DNA of 64,000 bases from Sphingomonadaceae bacterium (lineage in GTDB: Bacteria; Chloroflexota; UBA6077). Of this stretch, positions 27,100 to 37,377 are shown piece after piece. Positions within the stretch are counted from its first letter, which is position 1. Each line of letters begins with the position of its first letter. A program made the position numbers and the translations under genes. The stretch covers positions 15,115 to 79,114 of the forward strand of contig JBLNDL010000025.1 in NCBI GenBank assembly GCA_050261575.1, written 5' to 3'. The notes below the pieces were generated by a model. The model was not told the origin of the DNA and made no database searches. It worked only from the letters and a program-made list of their open reading frames with translations.

Positions 27100-27438
27100 T
27101 TAGCTCTCGGCCCTAGCCTGCCCGCGAATCTGGTCGAAGCAGCTGCTGCAATACACCGGCCGGTCGTTCCTCGGCACAAAGGGCACAGTTGCCTCAGCCC
27201 CACACTGCGCACAGATCACCGTGTGCATCTCACGGGGATCGCGTCCTGCTCGCTCGCGCCGTCGGGCAGCCCGGCAGCTTGGACATCGCTGCGGCTCATT
27301 CATGAGCCCCTTCTCTGCAAAGAACTCCTGCTCACCCACCGTGAACACGAAGTCCTGCCCGCAGTCGCGGCAATGCAAGGTCTTGTCCGCAAAGCTCACG
27401 TTCCCTGACCCCTTTCGCTGGTGGAGAAGTGTGGTCAC
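27100..27438 (-). CDS. zinc-ribbon protein (two CxxC...CxxC modules)
   Basis: LHCRDCGQDFVFTVGEQEFFAEKGL..PQRCPSC and VICAQCGAEATVPF.P...PVYCSSC resemble the zf-trcl type of probable zinc ribbon. Confidence 0.6.
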   Translation of the reverse strand: MTTLLHQRKGSGNVSFADKTLHCRDCGQDFVFTVGEQEFFAEKGLMNEPQRCPSCRAARRRERAGRDPREMHTVICAQCGAEATVPFVPRNDRPVYCSSCFDQIRGQARAES

Positions 27439-27582
27439 AGTTTAGTCTCTGCGCTAGATCCGCATGCGGGATGCCTTGCCGAGGAACCAGGACGAAGGTC
27501 CGCCGGGTCGCGTTGCTAAACGTGCCGGGCGCTACAATATCAGATTGTGAAGGGGCATGCAAGCGATTCCACATGCTACCGT

Positions 27583-27611
27583 TTGACACCCGATATGTCC
27601 GAATGTAAGCT
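27583..27611 (+). promoter_or_regulatory. sigma70-like promoter of the M16 peptidase gene
   Basis: -35 TTGACA, 17-nt spacer, -10 TAAGCT, 38 nt before the start at 27649. Confidence 0.5.
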
Positions 27612-27648
27612 AACACTGTGAAGCCAAGCTAATGAATAAGGGGGCACC

Positions 27649-28914
27649 TTGGAGCATTCCCTCAGCGTACTCGACAACGGCCTGCGGCTGGTAACGACCA
27701 CGATGCCGCATACCAGGTCGGCTAGCATCTCCATCTTCGTCAACGCAGGCTCGCGGTACGAGGAGCATAGGATCGCCGGCATCTCGCACTTCGTCGAGCA
27801 TATGCTATTCAAGGGCACCAGCAGGCGATCGACCCCAAAAGAGATCTCAGAGGCCATAGAAGGGGTGGGCGGCGTTCTCAACGCTGCCACCGACAAGGAA
27901 CTCACCATCTACTGGGCGAAGGTCCCTTCCCAGCACTTCGAGCTCGCCCTGGATGTCCTCTCCGACATCCTCCTCAACTCCAAGCTCGACCCCATCGACA
28001 TCGAGCGCGAGCGAGACGTGATCTTGGAAGAGCTGAACATGATCTACGACAGCCCCACCGACCTGGTCAACACGATGATCGACGAGGTCGTCTGGCCCGA
28101 CCAACCTCTGGGACGGGACACCGCGGGCACGAGGGAATCGGTGGCTCGGATCTCCCGGGAAGACCTGCAGCAGTACATGGCCGCTCACTACGGCCCTCTC
28201 GCCACCGTCGTCGCCATCGCAGGGCAGGTCACGGTAGAGCAGGCGGAGAAGGTGGCCGATCGGCACTTCGGCCGCTGGTCCAGCCAGGCCACTGGCTCTT
28301 GGTTCCCGGCCATCGACGGTCAGAGCGGCCCAAGGGTCAGCCTGAAGCCGAAGCGAACCGAGCAGGCCAACCTCTGCCTCGCGGTGCAGGGTCTGCCATC
28401 GGAGCATCCGGATCGCTACGCTCAAGACGTGATGAACACCATTCTCGGCGAGGGCATGAGCTCGCGGCTCTTCCTGCAGATTCGGGAGAGGCTGGGCCTC
28501 GCCTACGATGTCCACTCTTACGTCAACCATTTCCGAGACACCGGCTCCCACGTGGTGTTCGCCGGAGTGGACACGAAGAAGGCCAACCAGACGGTCCAGG
28601 CCATCCTGGCGGAACTCGCCCAGATCCGGGATGGAGTCCCCGACGAGGAACTCTCCCGTGCGAAGGAATCGATGAAGGGCCGGTTGCTGCTTCGGCTCGA
28701 GGATACCCGAGCGGTGGCCTCGTGGACGGGCGCGCAGGAGTTGCTGCGCAACACCATCATGAGCGTCGACGAGGCGATTCAGCACATCGACTCCGTCACC
28801 TCCCAGGACATCCAGCGGGTGGCTCGCCGCCTGTTCGCGAAGGACCGCCTGAACCTGGCCATCGTCGGGCCCTACCGCAGCGAGGATCGCTTCCTCAACC
28901 TGCTCGATCTGTAA
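27649..28914 (+). CDS. M16-family (pitrilysin/insulinase-like) zinc peptidase
   Basis: Inverted zinc motif HFVEH followed by MLFKGT. 421 aa. TTG start with an AAGGGGG SD. Confidence 0.88.
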   Translation: MEHSLSVLDNGLRLVTTTMPHTRSASISIFVNAGSRYEEHRIAGISHFVEHMLFKGTSRRSTPKEISEAIEGVGGVLNAATDKELTIYWAKVPSQHFELALDVLSDILLNSKLDPIDIERERDVILEELNMIYDSPTDLVNTMIDEVVWPDQPLGRDTAGTRESVARISREDLQQYMAAHYGPLATVVAIAGQVTVEQAEKVADRHFGRWSSQATGSWFPAIDGQSGPRVSLKPKRTEQANLCLAVQGLPSEHPDRYAQDVMNTILGEGMSSRLFLQIRERLGLAYDVHSYVNHFRDTGSHVVFAGVDTKKANQTVQAILAELAQIRDGVPDEELSRAKESMKGRLLLRLEDTRAVASWTGAQELLRNTIMSVDEAIQHIDSVTSQDIQRVARRLFAKDRLNLAIVGPYRSEDRFLNLLDL

Positions 28915-28939
28915 CCGACATCTGCCTCGTGAGGAAAGG

Positions 28940-28956
28940 ACGCGCCCGCGGCGCGT
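28940..28956 (+). terminator. short hairpin after the M16 peptidase gene
   Basis: ACGCGCC-CGC-GGCGCGT followed by ATTCC. Confidence 0.35.
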
Positions 28957-29025
28957 ATTCCGAGGTTGGCCTGTCCAACCACCGGCCGAGGTCCTCAGGC
29001 CGAGGCCGATCCACCGCCGCCGTCG

Positions 29026-29631
29026 TCACTCGTCACTGGCATCGGCAAACAGGTACCGCTCCGCCAGATCCACCACCACGTGCTCCAGGGCCAGGTGGGC
29101 CTCCTGGATGAACTGGGTGTTGGCGCTCGGTACGGTGAGGGCCACGTCGGCCATGGCTGCCAACGGCCCGCCACTGCCGGTCAGGACGATCGTTCGCAGC
29201 CCCATCGCCCCGGCCATCTTCACCGCTCGCATGACGTTGACGGAGCTGCCGCTGGTGCTGATCCCGATCAGCACGTCCCCCGGCCTTCCCAGCGCCTGCA
29301 CCTGCCTCTCGAAGACCCCCTCGAAGCTGTAGTCGTTAGCGAAGGCGGTCAGGAAGGAGGAATCGGTGGTCAGCGCCAGCGCGGGAAGGCCGGGCCGTTC
29401 GAAATCGGCCGTGAGCCTGCTGACGAACTCGGCGGCCACGTGCTGGCAGTCGGCGGCGCTTCCCCCGTTGCCGCACAGCAGTAGCTTCCCGCCTGCCCGC
29501 AGACTGTCCGCGATGGTGCGCGCGGCCACCAGGACACCGTCAATCGACAGTTCGGCAAGGAGCCGCTTCACCTCTGCGCTTTCCAACAGGTGAGTCCGCG
29601 CCCGGGCCCGCAGATGATCGATCGTAGCCAC
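29026..29631 (-). CDS. gmhA: SIS-domain D-sedoheptulose-7-phosphate isomerase (GmhA/DiaA-like)
   Basis: LLLCGNGGSAADCQHVAAEFVSR, GISTSGSSVNV, EAHLALEH. Confidence 0.85.
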   Translation of the reverse strand: MATIDHLRARARTHLLESAEVKRLLAELSIDGVLVAARTIADSLRAGGKLLLCGNGGSAADCQHVAAEFVSRLTADFERPGLPALALTTDSSFLTAFANDYSFEGVFERQVQALGRPGDVLIGISTSGSSVNVMRAVKMAGAMGLRTIVLTGSGGPLAAMADVALTVPSANTQFIQEAHLALEHVVVDLAERYLFADASDE

Positions 29632-29662
29632 CCCCTTCCTCCTCGTACACCCGGTCGCTCCT

Positions 29663-29711
29663 TCATATCACGAGCCGTGCCGATCGCATAACCTGCCTAA
29701 TCGTGATATGA
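29663..29711. promoter_or_regulatory. perfect 11-bp inverted repeat in the divergent gmhA / ROK-kinase intergenic region (candidate operator)
   Basis: TCATATCACGA (29663-29673) and TCGTGATATGA (29701-29711), 27-nt spacer. Confidence 0.4.
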
Positions 29712-29753
29712 TTTCTTTGCTTGCCTTACACTCCTCATCGAGGACATGCTGCA

Positions 29754-30752
29754 ATGCAGAAGCTCCAAAGTTGCAGGCGTGCCGTGGCCGTCGACCTCGG
29801 CGGGACCCGATTCCGAGTGGCAGTCGGGACCGACGACGGCGCTATCGAATGGCGAGTCTCCCGTCTAACCCGCACCCACAGAGGCGTCCAACCCGTCCTC
29901 GGCGATCTCTACGACGCCGTGTCCGACGCCCTGTCCACAGTCGAAGACCGAGATAGCGTGCAAGGCATAGGAATCGCCGCCCCCGGGCCGCTGGATCCGT
30001 GGACCGGGGTGATCTTCAACCCACCCAACATGCCGGGGTGGCACCGGGTGCCCTTGAAGCAACTGTTCGAAGACCGATTCGGTCTACCCGTTCGAGTCGC
30101 CAACGACGCGAACCTTGCTGCGGTGGGAGAGCACCGATACGGGGCCGGCAAGGGGTTCCGGAACGTGGTCTTCGTGACAGTCAGCACAGGCATCGGTGGT
30201 GGGGTGATCGTCGACGACAGGCTGCTGCTCGGAGCGAGCGGGTTCGCGGGAGAGGTGGGCCACATGACTGTCGACATCCATGGCCAGAGGTGTGTCTGTG
30301 GCAACGTGGGATGCCTCGAGTGGGTCGCCTCGGGAACGTCCATTAGCCGGCAAGCGCGGCAGTTGGTGCGGTCTGGCGCCCGCACGGCGCTTCGAGCCCT
30401 GGAGCTGGATCGGATCACCGCGCAGACGGTTTCGGAGATGGCTTACCAGGGGGACCCACTCGCGCGGCGGTTGCTGCGTGACGCCGGAGTCGCCATGGGG
30501 GTAGGGATCGTGAACCTCGCCCACCTGTTCAATCCCCAGAGGGTCGTACTGGGTGGAGGGGTGAGCCTGAACGCAGGCCCGCTGTGGTGGGACGCCATTC
30601 GCGTCACCGTCAAGGCCAGGGCGATGGGCCCCTGTCTCGACAACCTGGAGATCGTTCCGGCCGCCCTCAGCGACGATGCAGGGCTGTTGGGAGGTGTGGC
30701 GATCGCTGCCCTCGACACCCAGCGAGGCGGCGAGCTAGCAACCACCGCATGA
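29754..30752 (+). CDS. ROK-family sugar kinase (glucokinase-like, no N-terminal HTH)
   Basis: AVDLGGTRFRV, ANDANLAAVGE, zinc motif GHMTVDIHGQRCVCGNVGCLE. ATG 29754 has a GAGGA SD; the ORF is open from TTG 29721. Confidence 0.85.
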   Translation: MQKLQSCRRAVAVDLGGTRFRVAVGTDDGAIEWRVSRLTRTHRGVQPVLGDLYDAVSDALSTVEDRDSVQGIGIAAPGPLDPWTGVIFNPPNMPGWHRVPLKQLFEDRFGLPVRVANDANLAAVGEHRYGAGKGFRNVVFVTVSTGIGGGVIVDDRLLLGASGFAGEVGHMTVDIHGQRCVCGNVGCLEWVASGTSISRQARQLVRSGARTALRALELDRITAQTVSEMAYQGDPLARRLLRDAGVAMGVGIVNLAHLFNPQRVVLGGGVSLNAGPLWWDAIRVTVKARAMGPCLDNLEIVPAALSDDAGLLGGVAIAALDTQRGGELATTA

Positions 30753-31154
30753 CGGCGTCGCCGCGCGGCAATCCGCTCCTCCTCGGCAGCCTGGAGGCGG
30801 TCCTCAACGGTCTGTCCGCCGCCATGACGGCACCATTCGTGGCCCCCCGTGATACCCTCGGGGCCGGCGGGAGCCGCAGCCGGATTGGTGGCCGCCCTGC
30901 CCCTTCCGGCGGCAACCCGGCCCAGATCCCCGCCTCCGGGGGGTGCCTGCTCCCGCCATCCGCGGCGCTACCTGTTGCTGGCCGGAGGGCTCAGCCGGTT
31001 CGCCTGGATATCGGTCTTCCAGGCCCCGCGGCCTTCACCGCGGCCCTGATCGAAGGCTTCCTCGCGGATCGGTTCGACCTTCCGCCCGTCTTCGCCGTCT
31101 CGGTCGCTACCCGCCTGGCCGAGTGGAGAGTCTTCCAGTTGGGCTTCCCGGAGG

Positions 31155-32078
31155 CTACTCCCTCGGGAGAGACTTCACCCTTCCCTGGGCGGCACGCCTC
31201 CACAGGTAGAGATACTCCTGCGCCCAGCCCGCGAAGCGGCCGTATCGCTGCCGGAACAGCCCCGCGACGGCCTCGTAGGTGGTGGGGGTGATCGTCTTCG
31301 TCGGCACCCTGGCATCGAAGATCTCATTCGCCAGAGCCCAGATATGGGTGTCAACAGGCACCGCCTCGTCCTTGCCCAACGAGAAGAGACAGACGCAGTC
31401 CGCGATCTTCGCCCCGATGCCCCGAAGCTCCATCAGGCTGGCCTTGGCCTCCCGGTAGGGTAGGGCGCGTAGCTGCTCGGGCCACCCCTCCGGCTTCCCC
31501 GCCAGATCCGCGGCGACACGCTTCAGGTTGGCCCCACGCCATCCCAGACCGGTCCCGCGCGATAGATCCTCCTCGGGAGCCGCCGCCAGGGCCTCCACAG
31601 TGGGGAAGGCGTAGAAGTCCGTTCCATCTATGGTGGCGATGAGGCGCCCGTACCGTCTGGAGATTTCCTCCACCGCCTTCGAGATGCGGGGGACCGAGTT
31701 TGCCGTGGAGCAGACGTAGGAGAGGAGGGTCTCCTGGGGCTCCTGGTCGAGGACCCTTAGACCCGGGTATCCGGCCACAGCCTCCACTATCCAGGGATCG
31801 GCCGAGGCGAACTCGCGGTAGACGGACTCGAGATCCACATCCAGCCGCAGATAGGAGGCGAGAAACGCGTCAGCCTCGGGAAGCGCCGGGTAGACCTGGC
31901 CAAGCACTCCGCCACCCTCCCTGCGCAGCCGCACCGCGTGCCCCCGCACCACCCCGACCCACCAGCCATCGCGGAGACGCCAGCGGAAGGCCTGGCCACA
32001 GTCCAGGGTGTACGCGAGGTCGAGCAACTCGTGGCCGGCGCCGAGGTAGACTTGCGATCCCTCGGCCCAGTCGGTCAT
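31155..32078 (-). CDS. HhH-GPD superfamily DNA glycosylase (8-oxoguanine glycosylase-like)
   Basis: LDCGQAFRW, LMELRGIGAKIADCVCLFSLGKDEAVPVDTHI. Start at ATG 32078 (MTDW). Confidence 0.8.
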   Translation of the reverse strand: MTDWAEGSQVYLGAGHELLDLAYTLDCGQAFRWRLRDGWWVGVVRGHAVRLRREGGGVLGQVYPALPEADAFLASYLRLDVDLESVYREFASADPWIVEAVAGYPGLRVLDQEPQETLLSYVCSTANSVPRISKAVEEISRRYGRLIATIDGTDFYAFPTVEALAAAPEEDLSRGTGLGWRGANLKRVAADLAGKPEGWPEQLRALPYREAKASLMELRGIGAKIADCVCLFSLGKDEAVPVDTHIWALANEIFDARVPTKTITPTTYEAVAGLFRQRYGRFAGWAQEYLYLWRRAAQGRVKSLPRE

Positions 32079-32124
32079 CTGCTTCCTCCAACCAGGGGCA
32101 GGTCCTCCGCCTCGGCCGCCGCCC

Positions 32125-35040
32125 TCATTGGGGCAACCGCCCCATCTCATTCCAGTTGTACCCCAGCTTCACGTCCGCCACCAGCGGCACCTGCATCGCC
32201 ATGGCCGACTCCATGATCCGCTTCACCTCTGGTGCCAGCAGCTCGACCTCTTCCCGAGGGCAGTCGAACAGCAACTCGTCGTGCACCTGCAGGATCATCT
32301 TGGCCTTGAGCCCCATCTCGCGAAGCCGGTGGTGCAGGTTGATCATCGCGATCTTCATGATGTCCGCGGCCGTGCCCTGGATCGGCATGTTGATCGCCAT
32401 CCGTTCTGCCGCCTGGCGGAGCCCCTTGTGGGCCGTCCGGATCTCCGGAATGTACCTTCGGCGCCCCAGCAGGGTGCTTACGTACCCCTTCTGCTCCGCG
32501 TCCTGCTTGATCCTGTCGAAGAACTCTCCCACGAGCGCGTAGCGATTGAAGTAGCTCTCGATGAATGCGGCCGCTTCTTTGCGGCTGAGTCCGGTGTCAC
32601 GAGCCAGCCCGTAGTCGCTCATTCCGTACAGTACACCGAAATTCACGGTCTTGGCGATCCGCCTCTCGTTGGGCGTGACGTCGGAGATCGGGATCCCGTA
32701 CACCTGGGCGGCGGTGGCCGCGTGGATATCCTCGCCGCGCTGGAATGCGCTCACCAGCGCCGGGTCTCCAGTCATGTGGGCGAGAACACGCAGCTCGATC
32801 TGGCTGTAATCGGCCGAAAGCAGCGCCCAATCCTCCTGGCTGGCCACGAACGCCTTCCGCACGCGCCGGCCCATCTCGGTACGGATCGGGATGTTCTGGA
32901 GGTTCGGGTCGCTGGACGATAGCCGCCCAGTGGAGGTCGCCGTCTGGTTGAAGGAAGTGTGGACCCGTCCAGTGCGCGGGTTCACCAACAGGGGCAGCGC
33001 GTCCACGTAGGTGGACTTCAGCTTGGTCATCTGCCGGTGCTCCAGGATCAGATCCACGATCGGATGGGTGCCCCTCAACTCCTCCAGCACGTCGGCGTCC
33101 GTCGAGTAGCCGGTCTTGGTTCGCCGCGTCGGCGTGAGCTTCAGCTCCCCGAAGAGGACCGTCGAGAGTTGCTGGGTAGACGCCACGTTGAAGCTGTGCC
33201 CTGCCGCCTCTGCGATGCTGGCCTCCAGCTCCCGGATCCGCTGGTACAGCTCGCGGCTGAACTCCATCAGATAGGCGACGTCCACCGCCACCCCGTTACG
33301 CTCCATATCGACGAGCACAGGCACCAGGGGCATCTCGACGCGCTCGAAGAGGTCCTCCAGACCCGTGGATCGCAGTTCCGGCCCCAGATCCAGCTTCAGC
33401 CGCAGCGTCATGTCGGCGTCGGCACAGGCGTAGTCGGCCACCTGCCGGATCGGCAGGCGATCGAGCGTGAGGGCGTTCTTCCCCTTGCCCACGAGCGACT
33501 GGTAGCTCTGCATCTCTGCCTTCAGGCGAGACCATGCGAGGTCCTTGAGACCCAGGGACCGCTGGGTGCTCTCCAGCAGGTAGGCCGCGATCATGGTGTC
33601 GAACTGCATGCCCCGCACTTCGATCCCGTATCGAGAGAGCACCAGCATGTCGTACTTGCCATTGTGGGCGCACTTGGGGATCGTGGGGTCTTCCAGCACC
33701 GGCTTCAACTGCTCCAGAACCCAGTTCAGGGGAAGCTGCTCGAAGGTCTCGTCCTCCGCCTCCGTGCCTTCCGACACCAGAAGCCCGAGCCCCCGCGACG
33801 AAGGCGCCAGGTGGCCCACGGGGACGTAATAGGCGACGCCGGGAGTGGTGGCGAAGGACAGGCCAACCAACTCCGCCTGCATCTCGTCCTTGCCAGTGGT
33901 CTCTAGGTCGAACGCGAAGATAGCGGAGTCCCGCAGGGTAGCGACCAGCAGCTTTAGCGCATCCCGATCGGCCACGACCTCGTAGCGGGGCTCGGGTATG
34001 GCCTCGGGACCTCCCGAGGCCGTACCCTCCGGCGAGCCCTCGGGCGAGAAGCCCGAGCCTGCGGAAGGTCCCGATGGCTCGCCCGGGCCAGTGGAGTCCC
34101 GAGGCTCCTCCAGAGAGAAAAGCGCCATCTGGGGAGCCTGCAGCTCCACGGCGGCGTCCCCGCCATTCCTGTCGACCCAGTCCTTGGGCAATCTGTCGAC
34201 CAGGCTCTTGAAGCCCAGCTCCCGGAAGAAGTCCACCAGTCGTGCACGGTCGTAGCTGCCGAGGCGGCACCTCTCCAGGTCCAACTCCGCGGGCACCTCG
34301 GTTACGATCTGGGCGAGCCGCCTGGAGAAGTATGCCTGTTCGCGGTTCTCTTCGAGCTGCCGGCGCAGCTTGTCCGGCAACCGGTCCAGGTTCGCATAGA
34401 TGCCGTCCAACCCGCCGTGCTCGCGGATCAGCTTGGAGGCAGTCTTCTCCCCTATGCCCGGCACCCCGGGAATGTTGTCCGATGCATCCCCCTTCAGGGC
34501 CTTCAGATCGACGAGTTGAGTCGGCTCCACACCGTACCGCTCCCTCACGCCCTCGACGTCGTACAGCACGGTATCGGTGAACCCCCTCCTGGAGGTGAGC
34601 ACGCTCACCCCTGGCGCGACCAGTTGCAGGGCATCGGTGTCCCCGGTGACGATCACCACCTCGACACCCCGCTCCCGGGCTTGCTTCGCCAGAGTCCCCA
34701 GCAGGTCGTCGGCCTCGAAGCCGTCAACCCGGAAGATGGAGATCTCCATGTCCTCCATCAACTCGTAGACTCGGTGGAACTGCTCGTGGAGCCCCTCGGG
34801 GGCGGGACCCCTCTGCGCCTTGTAGCCGTCGTATGCCTCGTGCCGGAAGGTCGGAACCGCGGTGTCGAAAGCGGCGGCTGCGTACTGGGGACGCATCTCC
34901 TGCAGCACCTTGAGCAGCATCGTGGCGACACCGTAGACAGCGTTCACCAACTCGCCCTTGGGGCTCGTGAGGGGAGGAAGGGCGTGGAAGGCGCGATGCA
35001 CCAGCGCGTTTCCATCTATCAGGATCAGTCTCTCTGCCAT
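32125..35040 (-). CDS. polA: DNA polymerase I
   Basis: 971 aa. 5' nuclease LILIDGNALVHRAFHA, 3'-5' exo region, polymerase motifs DYSQIELRVLAH, RRIAKTVNFGVLYG, QVHDEL. Confidence 0.95.
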   Translation of the reverse strand: MAERLILIDGNALVHRAFHALPPLTSPKGELVNAVYGVATMLLKVLQEMRPQYAAAAFDTAVPTFRHEAYDGYKAQRGPAPEGLHEQFHRVYELMEDMEISIFRVDGFEADDLLGTLAKQARERGVEVVIVTGDTDALQLVAPGVSVLTSRRGFTDTVLYDVEGVRERYGVEPTQLVDLKALKGDASDNIPGVPGIGEKTASKLIREHGGLDGIYANLDRLPDKLRRQLEENREQAYFSRRLAQIVTEVPAELDLERCRLGSYDRARLVDFFRELGFKSLVDRLPKDWVDRNGGDAAVELQAPQMALFSLEEPRDSTGPGEPSGPSAGSGFSPEGSPEGTASGGPEAIPEPRYEVVADRDALKLLVATLRDSAIFAFDLETTGKDEMQAELVGLSFATTPGVAYYVPVGHLAPSSRGLGLLVSEGTEAEDETFEQLPLNWVLEQLKPVLEDPTIPKCAHNGKYDMLVLSRYGIEVRGMQFDTMIAAYLLESTQRSLGLKDLAWSRLKAEMQSYQSLVGKGKNALTLDRLPIRQVADYACADADMTLRLKLDLGPELRSTGLEDLFERVEMPLVPVLVDMERNGVAVDVAYLMEFSRELYQRIRELEASIAEAAGHSFNVASTQQLSTVLFGELKLTPTRRTKTGYSTDADVLEELRGTHPIVDLILEHRQMTKLKSTYVDALPLLVNPRTGRVHTSFNQTATSTGRLSSSDPNLQNIPIRTEMGRRVRKAFVASQEDWALLSADYSQIELRVLAHMTGDPALVSAFQRGEDIHAATAAQVYGIPISDVTPNERRIAKTVNFGVLYGMSDYGLARDTGLSRKEAAAFIESYFNRYALVGEFFDRIKQDAEQKGYVSTLLGRRRYIPEIRTAHKGLRQAAERMAINMPIQGTAADIMKIAMINLHHRLREMGLKAKMILQVHDELLFDCPREEVELLAPEVKRIMESAMAMQVPLVADVKLGYNWNEMGRLPQ

Positions 35041-35117
35041 GCCGCCTCCTCGAAGGCCCCCGAGGCGAGGTTTTGGCCCGTTCGGGCCACGAGGAACGTC
35101 TCACGGGGGTTAGGCAA

Positions 35118-35126
35118 ATTGTACCA
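35118..35126 (-). promoter_or_regulatory. extended -10 element (TGGTACAAT) upstream of polA
   Basis: Minus-strand TGGTACAAT about 78 nt upstream of the polA ATG. No good -35. Confidence 0.4.
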
Positions 35127-35395
35127 CACGGGGCGATCGGGGCCTGAGGCGGAGAGTAGACGTACCCAATCGCGTGGGCCTGAAGCGACACGCCGGGGTA
35201 GGGGTTGTCCTCTCCTGCGGCCGGAGGCACCTTCGCCCGCGTTAGAGTGCGGCTCGGGCGAGCAGGGCGCTGCGCCCGGCTCCGTGGCATTGGGGGACGC
35301 CGACTGTAGCCGCACCCTGCACCGGGCGATGCACGATGCCGAGCGGCGCATGCACAGACAGCGGACGGTCGTAGGGGCGGGTGACCCTGGCCGCT

Positions 35396-36097
35396 CTAGG
35401 CCAGGATCCCTCTAGCCCGCAGCTTGGCCTCCATCTTCGGGGATCGCATTCGCTCTATCAACGCCGCCCGGTGCTCTCGCACCATCTGCTGGAAACCCGG
35501 GGACCCTAGGGGATCCGACCACATGATCAGGGCGTCCTCGTTGTTGTCGCTGTAGTAGCGACGGCGGACGCCTGCCTCTTTGAAACCGTATTTGCGATAG
35601 AGGTTTTGGGCCAGCGTGTTGCTGACCCTCACTTCCAGCGTCACGTACTGGGCACCGATCTCGAGGGAGAGATCGATCAAGGCCAGGAAGAGCAGTTCGC
35701 CTACCCCGAGTCCGCGGTAGGCAGGAGCCACTGCGATGGAGGTCACGTGCGACTCGTCCACCATCAGCCAGAGCCCGGCGTAGCCCACCACCCTCCTGGC
35801 CGGTTCGTCAAGCTCCTCGCTCGCCTCTCCGGACCCGCCCAGGGCATCGATCAGCCGGTCCAGCAATCCCTTCAGCCCCGCCGCGCCACGCCCAGTCTGC
35901 TCCGCGGATGCCACCTCCGACTGGACGGTCCCATCGGACCCGGCCACCGGAAAGGCGCGCCGTGCCACGACGTAACGCGCGAGGCGATTCTCCTTCAATT
36001 CGCGCCGGTAGGCGTGGCTCGGCCACGGCATGGTGAAGGACTCGCGCTCCACGGCCATCACCGCGGGGATATCCTCCACTCGCATCGGCTCCACCAC
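35396..36097 (-). CDS. rimI: ribosomal-protein-alanine N-acetyltransferase (RimI-like GNAT) with an internal insertion
   Basis: IAVAPAYRGLGVGELL, LEVRVSN..A..LY.K.GF, YY.D..EDA. Sits in the tsaE-tsaB-rimI context. Confidence 0.8.
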   Translation of the reverse strand: MVEPMRVEDIPAVMAVERESFTMPWPSHAYRRELKENRLARYVVARRAFPVAGSDGTVQSEVASAEQTGRGAAGLKGLLDRLIDALGGSGEASEELDEPARRVVGYAGLWLMVDESHVTSIAVAPAYRGLGVGELLFLALIDLSLEIGAQYVTLEVRVSNTLAQNLYRKYGFKEAGVRRRYYSDNNEDALIMWSDPLGSPGFQQMVREHRAALIERMRSPKMEAKLRARGILA

Positions 36098-36205
36098 GAA
36101 GGGAAGCTGCTGCTCGGAGCTGATCGCCAGATCTCCTCTAAAGAAATGTTCGTGGCTCTCGGGGTCACCGAAGGCAACGCCACGGGCCGCGCGCCGGCCA
36201 CCCGC

Positions 36206-36862
36206 TCAGCTTTCCTCTCTCGCGAGATAGAATGCCTCCACCTGCTCGGCGTCCTGAACGTCGCCCTGCCTGAAGCGCCTCCACCCTATCTCAGCCAGGT
36301 AGCCAGCCCTCCGTAGGGATGCCGCTGGGCTCGCGATTTCCACGAGATCGCCGGCCTCGCCTTCCCCCGCCGTTGCCAGTTCCCCGAGGTCGCCGCACAG
36401 CAGGGTTCTCTCTCGGATCGCTTCCACTATCTCACCGAGTCGTTTGCCCTCGATGGGGCCGACCCTCTTCATCTCCCCATCCTGCCTGCGGTAAAGCGCG
36501 GTGGCGTATCGGTGCCGTCCGGCATCCAGCAGGGGCCTGACCGGGATACACGCCGACTGCTGGGCCTCTGCCAGGATGTCCAGGGTGCAGACCCCGATCA
36601 TCGGGATGCCCAGGGCCAGGCAGAGACCCTTTCCAGCGGCCAACCCCACGCGCAAGCCGGTGTAGGATCCGGGCCCCGTGGCCACGGCTATGGCGGTCAA
36701 CTGCTTCGGTTCCACCCGGCGCAGCCGCAGCAACTGCTGCGTCTGAACCATTAGCTCCACCGAGTGCCCCCGCCCGGATCTCCAGGTCACCTCTCCGGAG
36801 ACGGCGCCATCGTACAGCGCGACGCTGGCGATGGCGGTAGACGTGTCGAGAGCCAGGATCAC
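36206..36862 (-). CDS. tsaB: tRNA t6A biosynthesis protein TsaB
   Basis: MILALDTSTAIASVAL, VATGPGSYTGLRVGLAAGKGL. Confidence 0.85.
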   Translation of the reverse strand: MILALDTSTAIASVALYDGAVSGEVTWRSGRGHSVELMVQTQQLLRLRRVEPKQLTAIAVATGPGSYTGLRVGLAAGKGLCLALGIPMIGVCTLDILAEAQQSACIPVRPLLDAGRHRYATALYRRQDGEMKRVGPIEGKRLGEIVEAIRERTLLCGDLGELATAGEGEAGDLVEIASPAASLRRAGYLAEIGWRRFRQGDVQDAEQVEAFYLAREES

Positions 36863-36864
36863 CC

Positions 36865-37377
36865 TTACTCAGCCTCCAGGCCTTCGCCCCGAATCGCAGC
36901 CTCCATCATGGCCACCAGCTCGTCGGTGCTCCAGCGAGAGCCTTCCGCGTGGACCAGCAGGCTCCGCTCGTCGTCGCCCAGCACCTCCATGTCGATCCGG
37001 AGGGCACCCTCCCTCAGGTCCATGGGGAGAAGATCGGGCCACTCGATCACGGTCACCCCGTCGCCAGATTCGCAGTCCTCGATGGCCTGCTCCATTTCGG
37101 GATCCAGTGCCGTTAGTCGGAACAGGTCGATGTGATACAGTGGGAGCCGTCCGCGGTACTCGTTGATCAGGGTGAAGGAAGGGCTGGTGACCCGCCCCTC
37201 CGCCCCGATCCCCGCGGCGAGGCCCTGTACCAGCGTGGTTTTTCCGGCCCCAAAGGGGCCGTGCAGCAGGATAACATCGCCCGGCGCCAGCCGGCGCCCC
37301 AACTGGACCCCAAACTCCTTCGTCTGCTCCGCGCTGCGACTGACGAAGCCCACATGCCTAGCTGGTGGCTCTGTCAT
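36865..37377 (-). CDS. tsaE: tRNA t6A biosynthesis ATPase TsaE
   Basis: [38 protein letters not shown]. Confidence 0.85.
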   Translation of the reverse strand: MTEPPARHVGFVSRSAEQTKEFGVQLGRRLAPGDVILLHGPFGAGKTTLVQGLAAGIGAEGRVTSPSFTLINEYRGRLPLYHIDLFRLTALDPEMEQAIEDCESGDGVTVIEWPDLLPMDLREGALRIDMEVLGDDERSLLVHAEGSRWSTDELVAMMEAAIRGEGLEAE

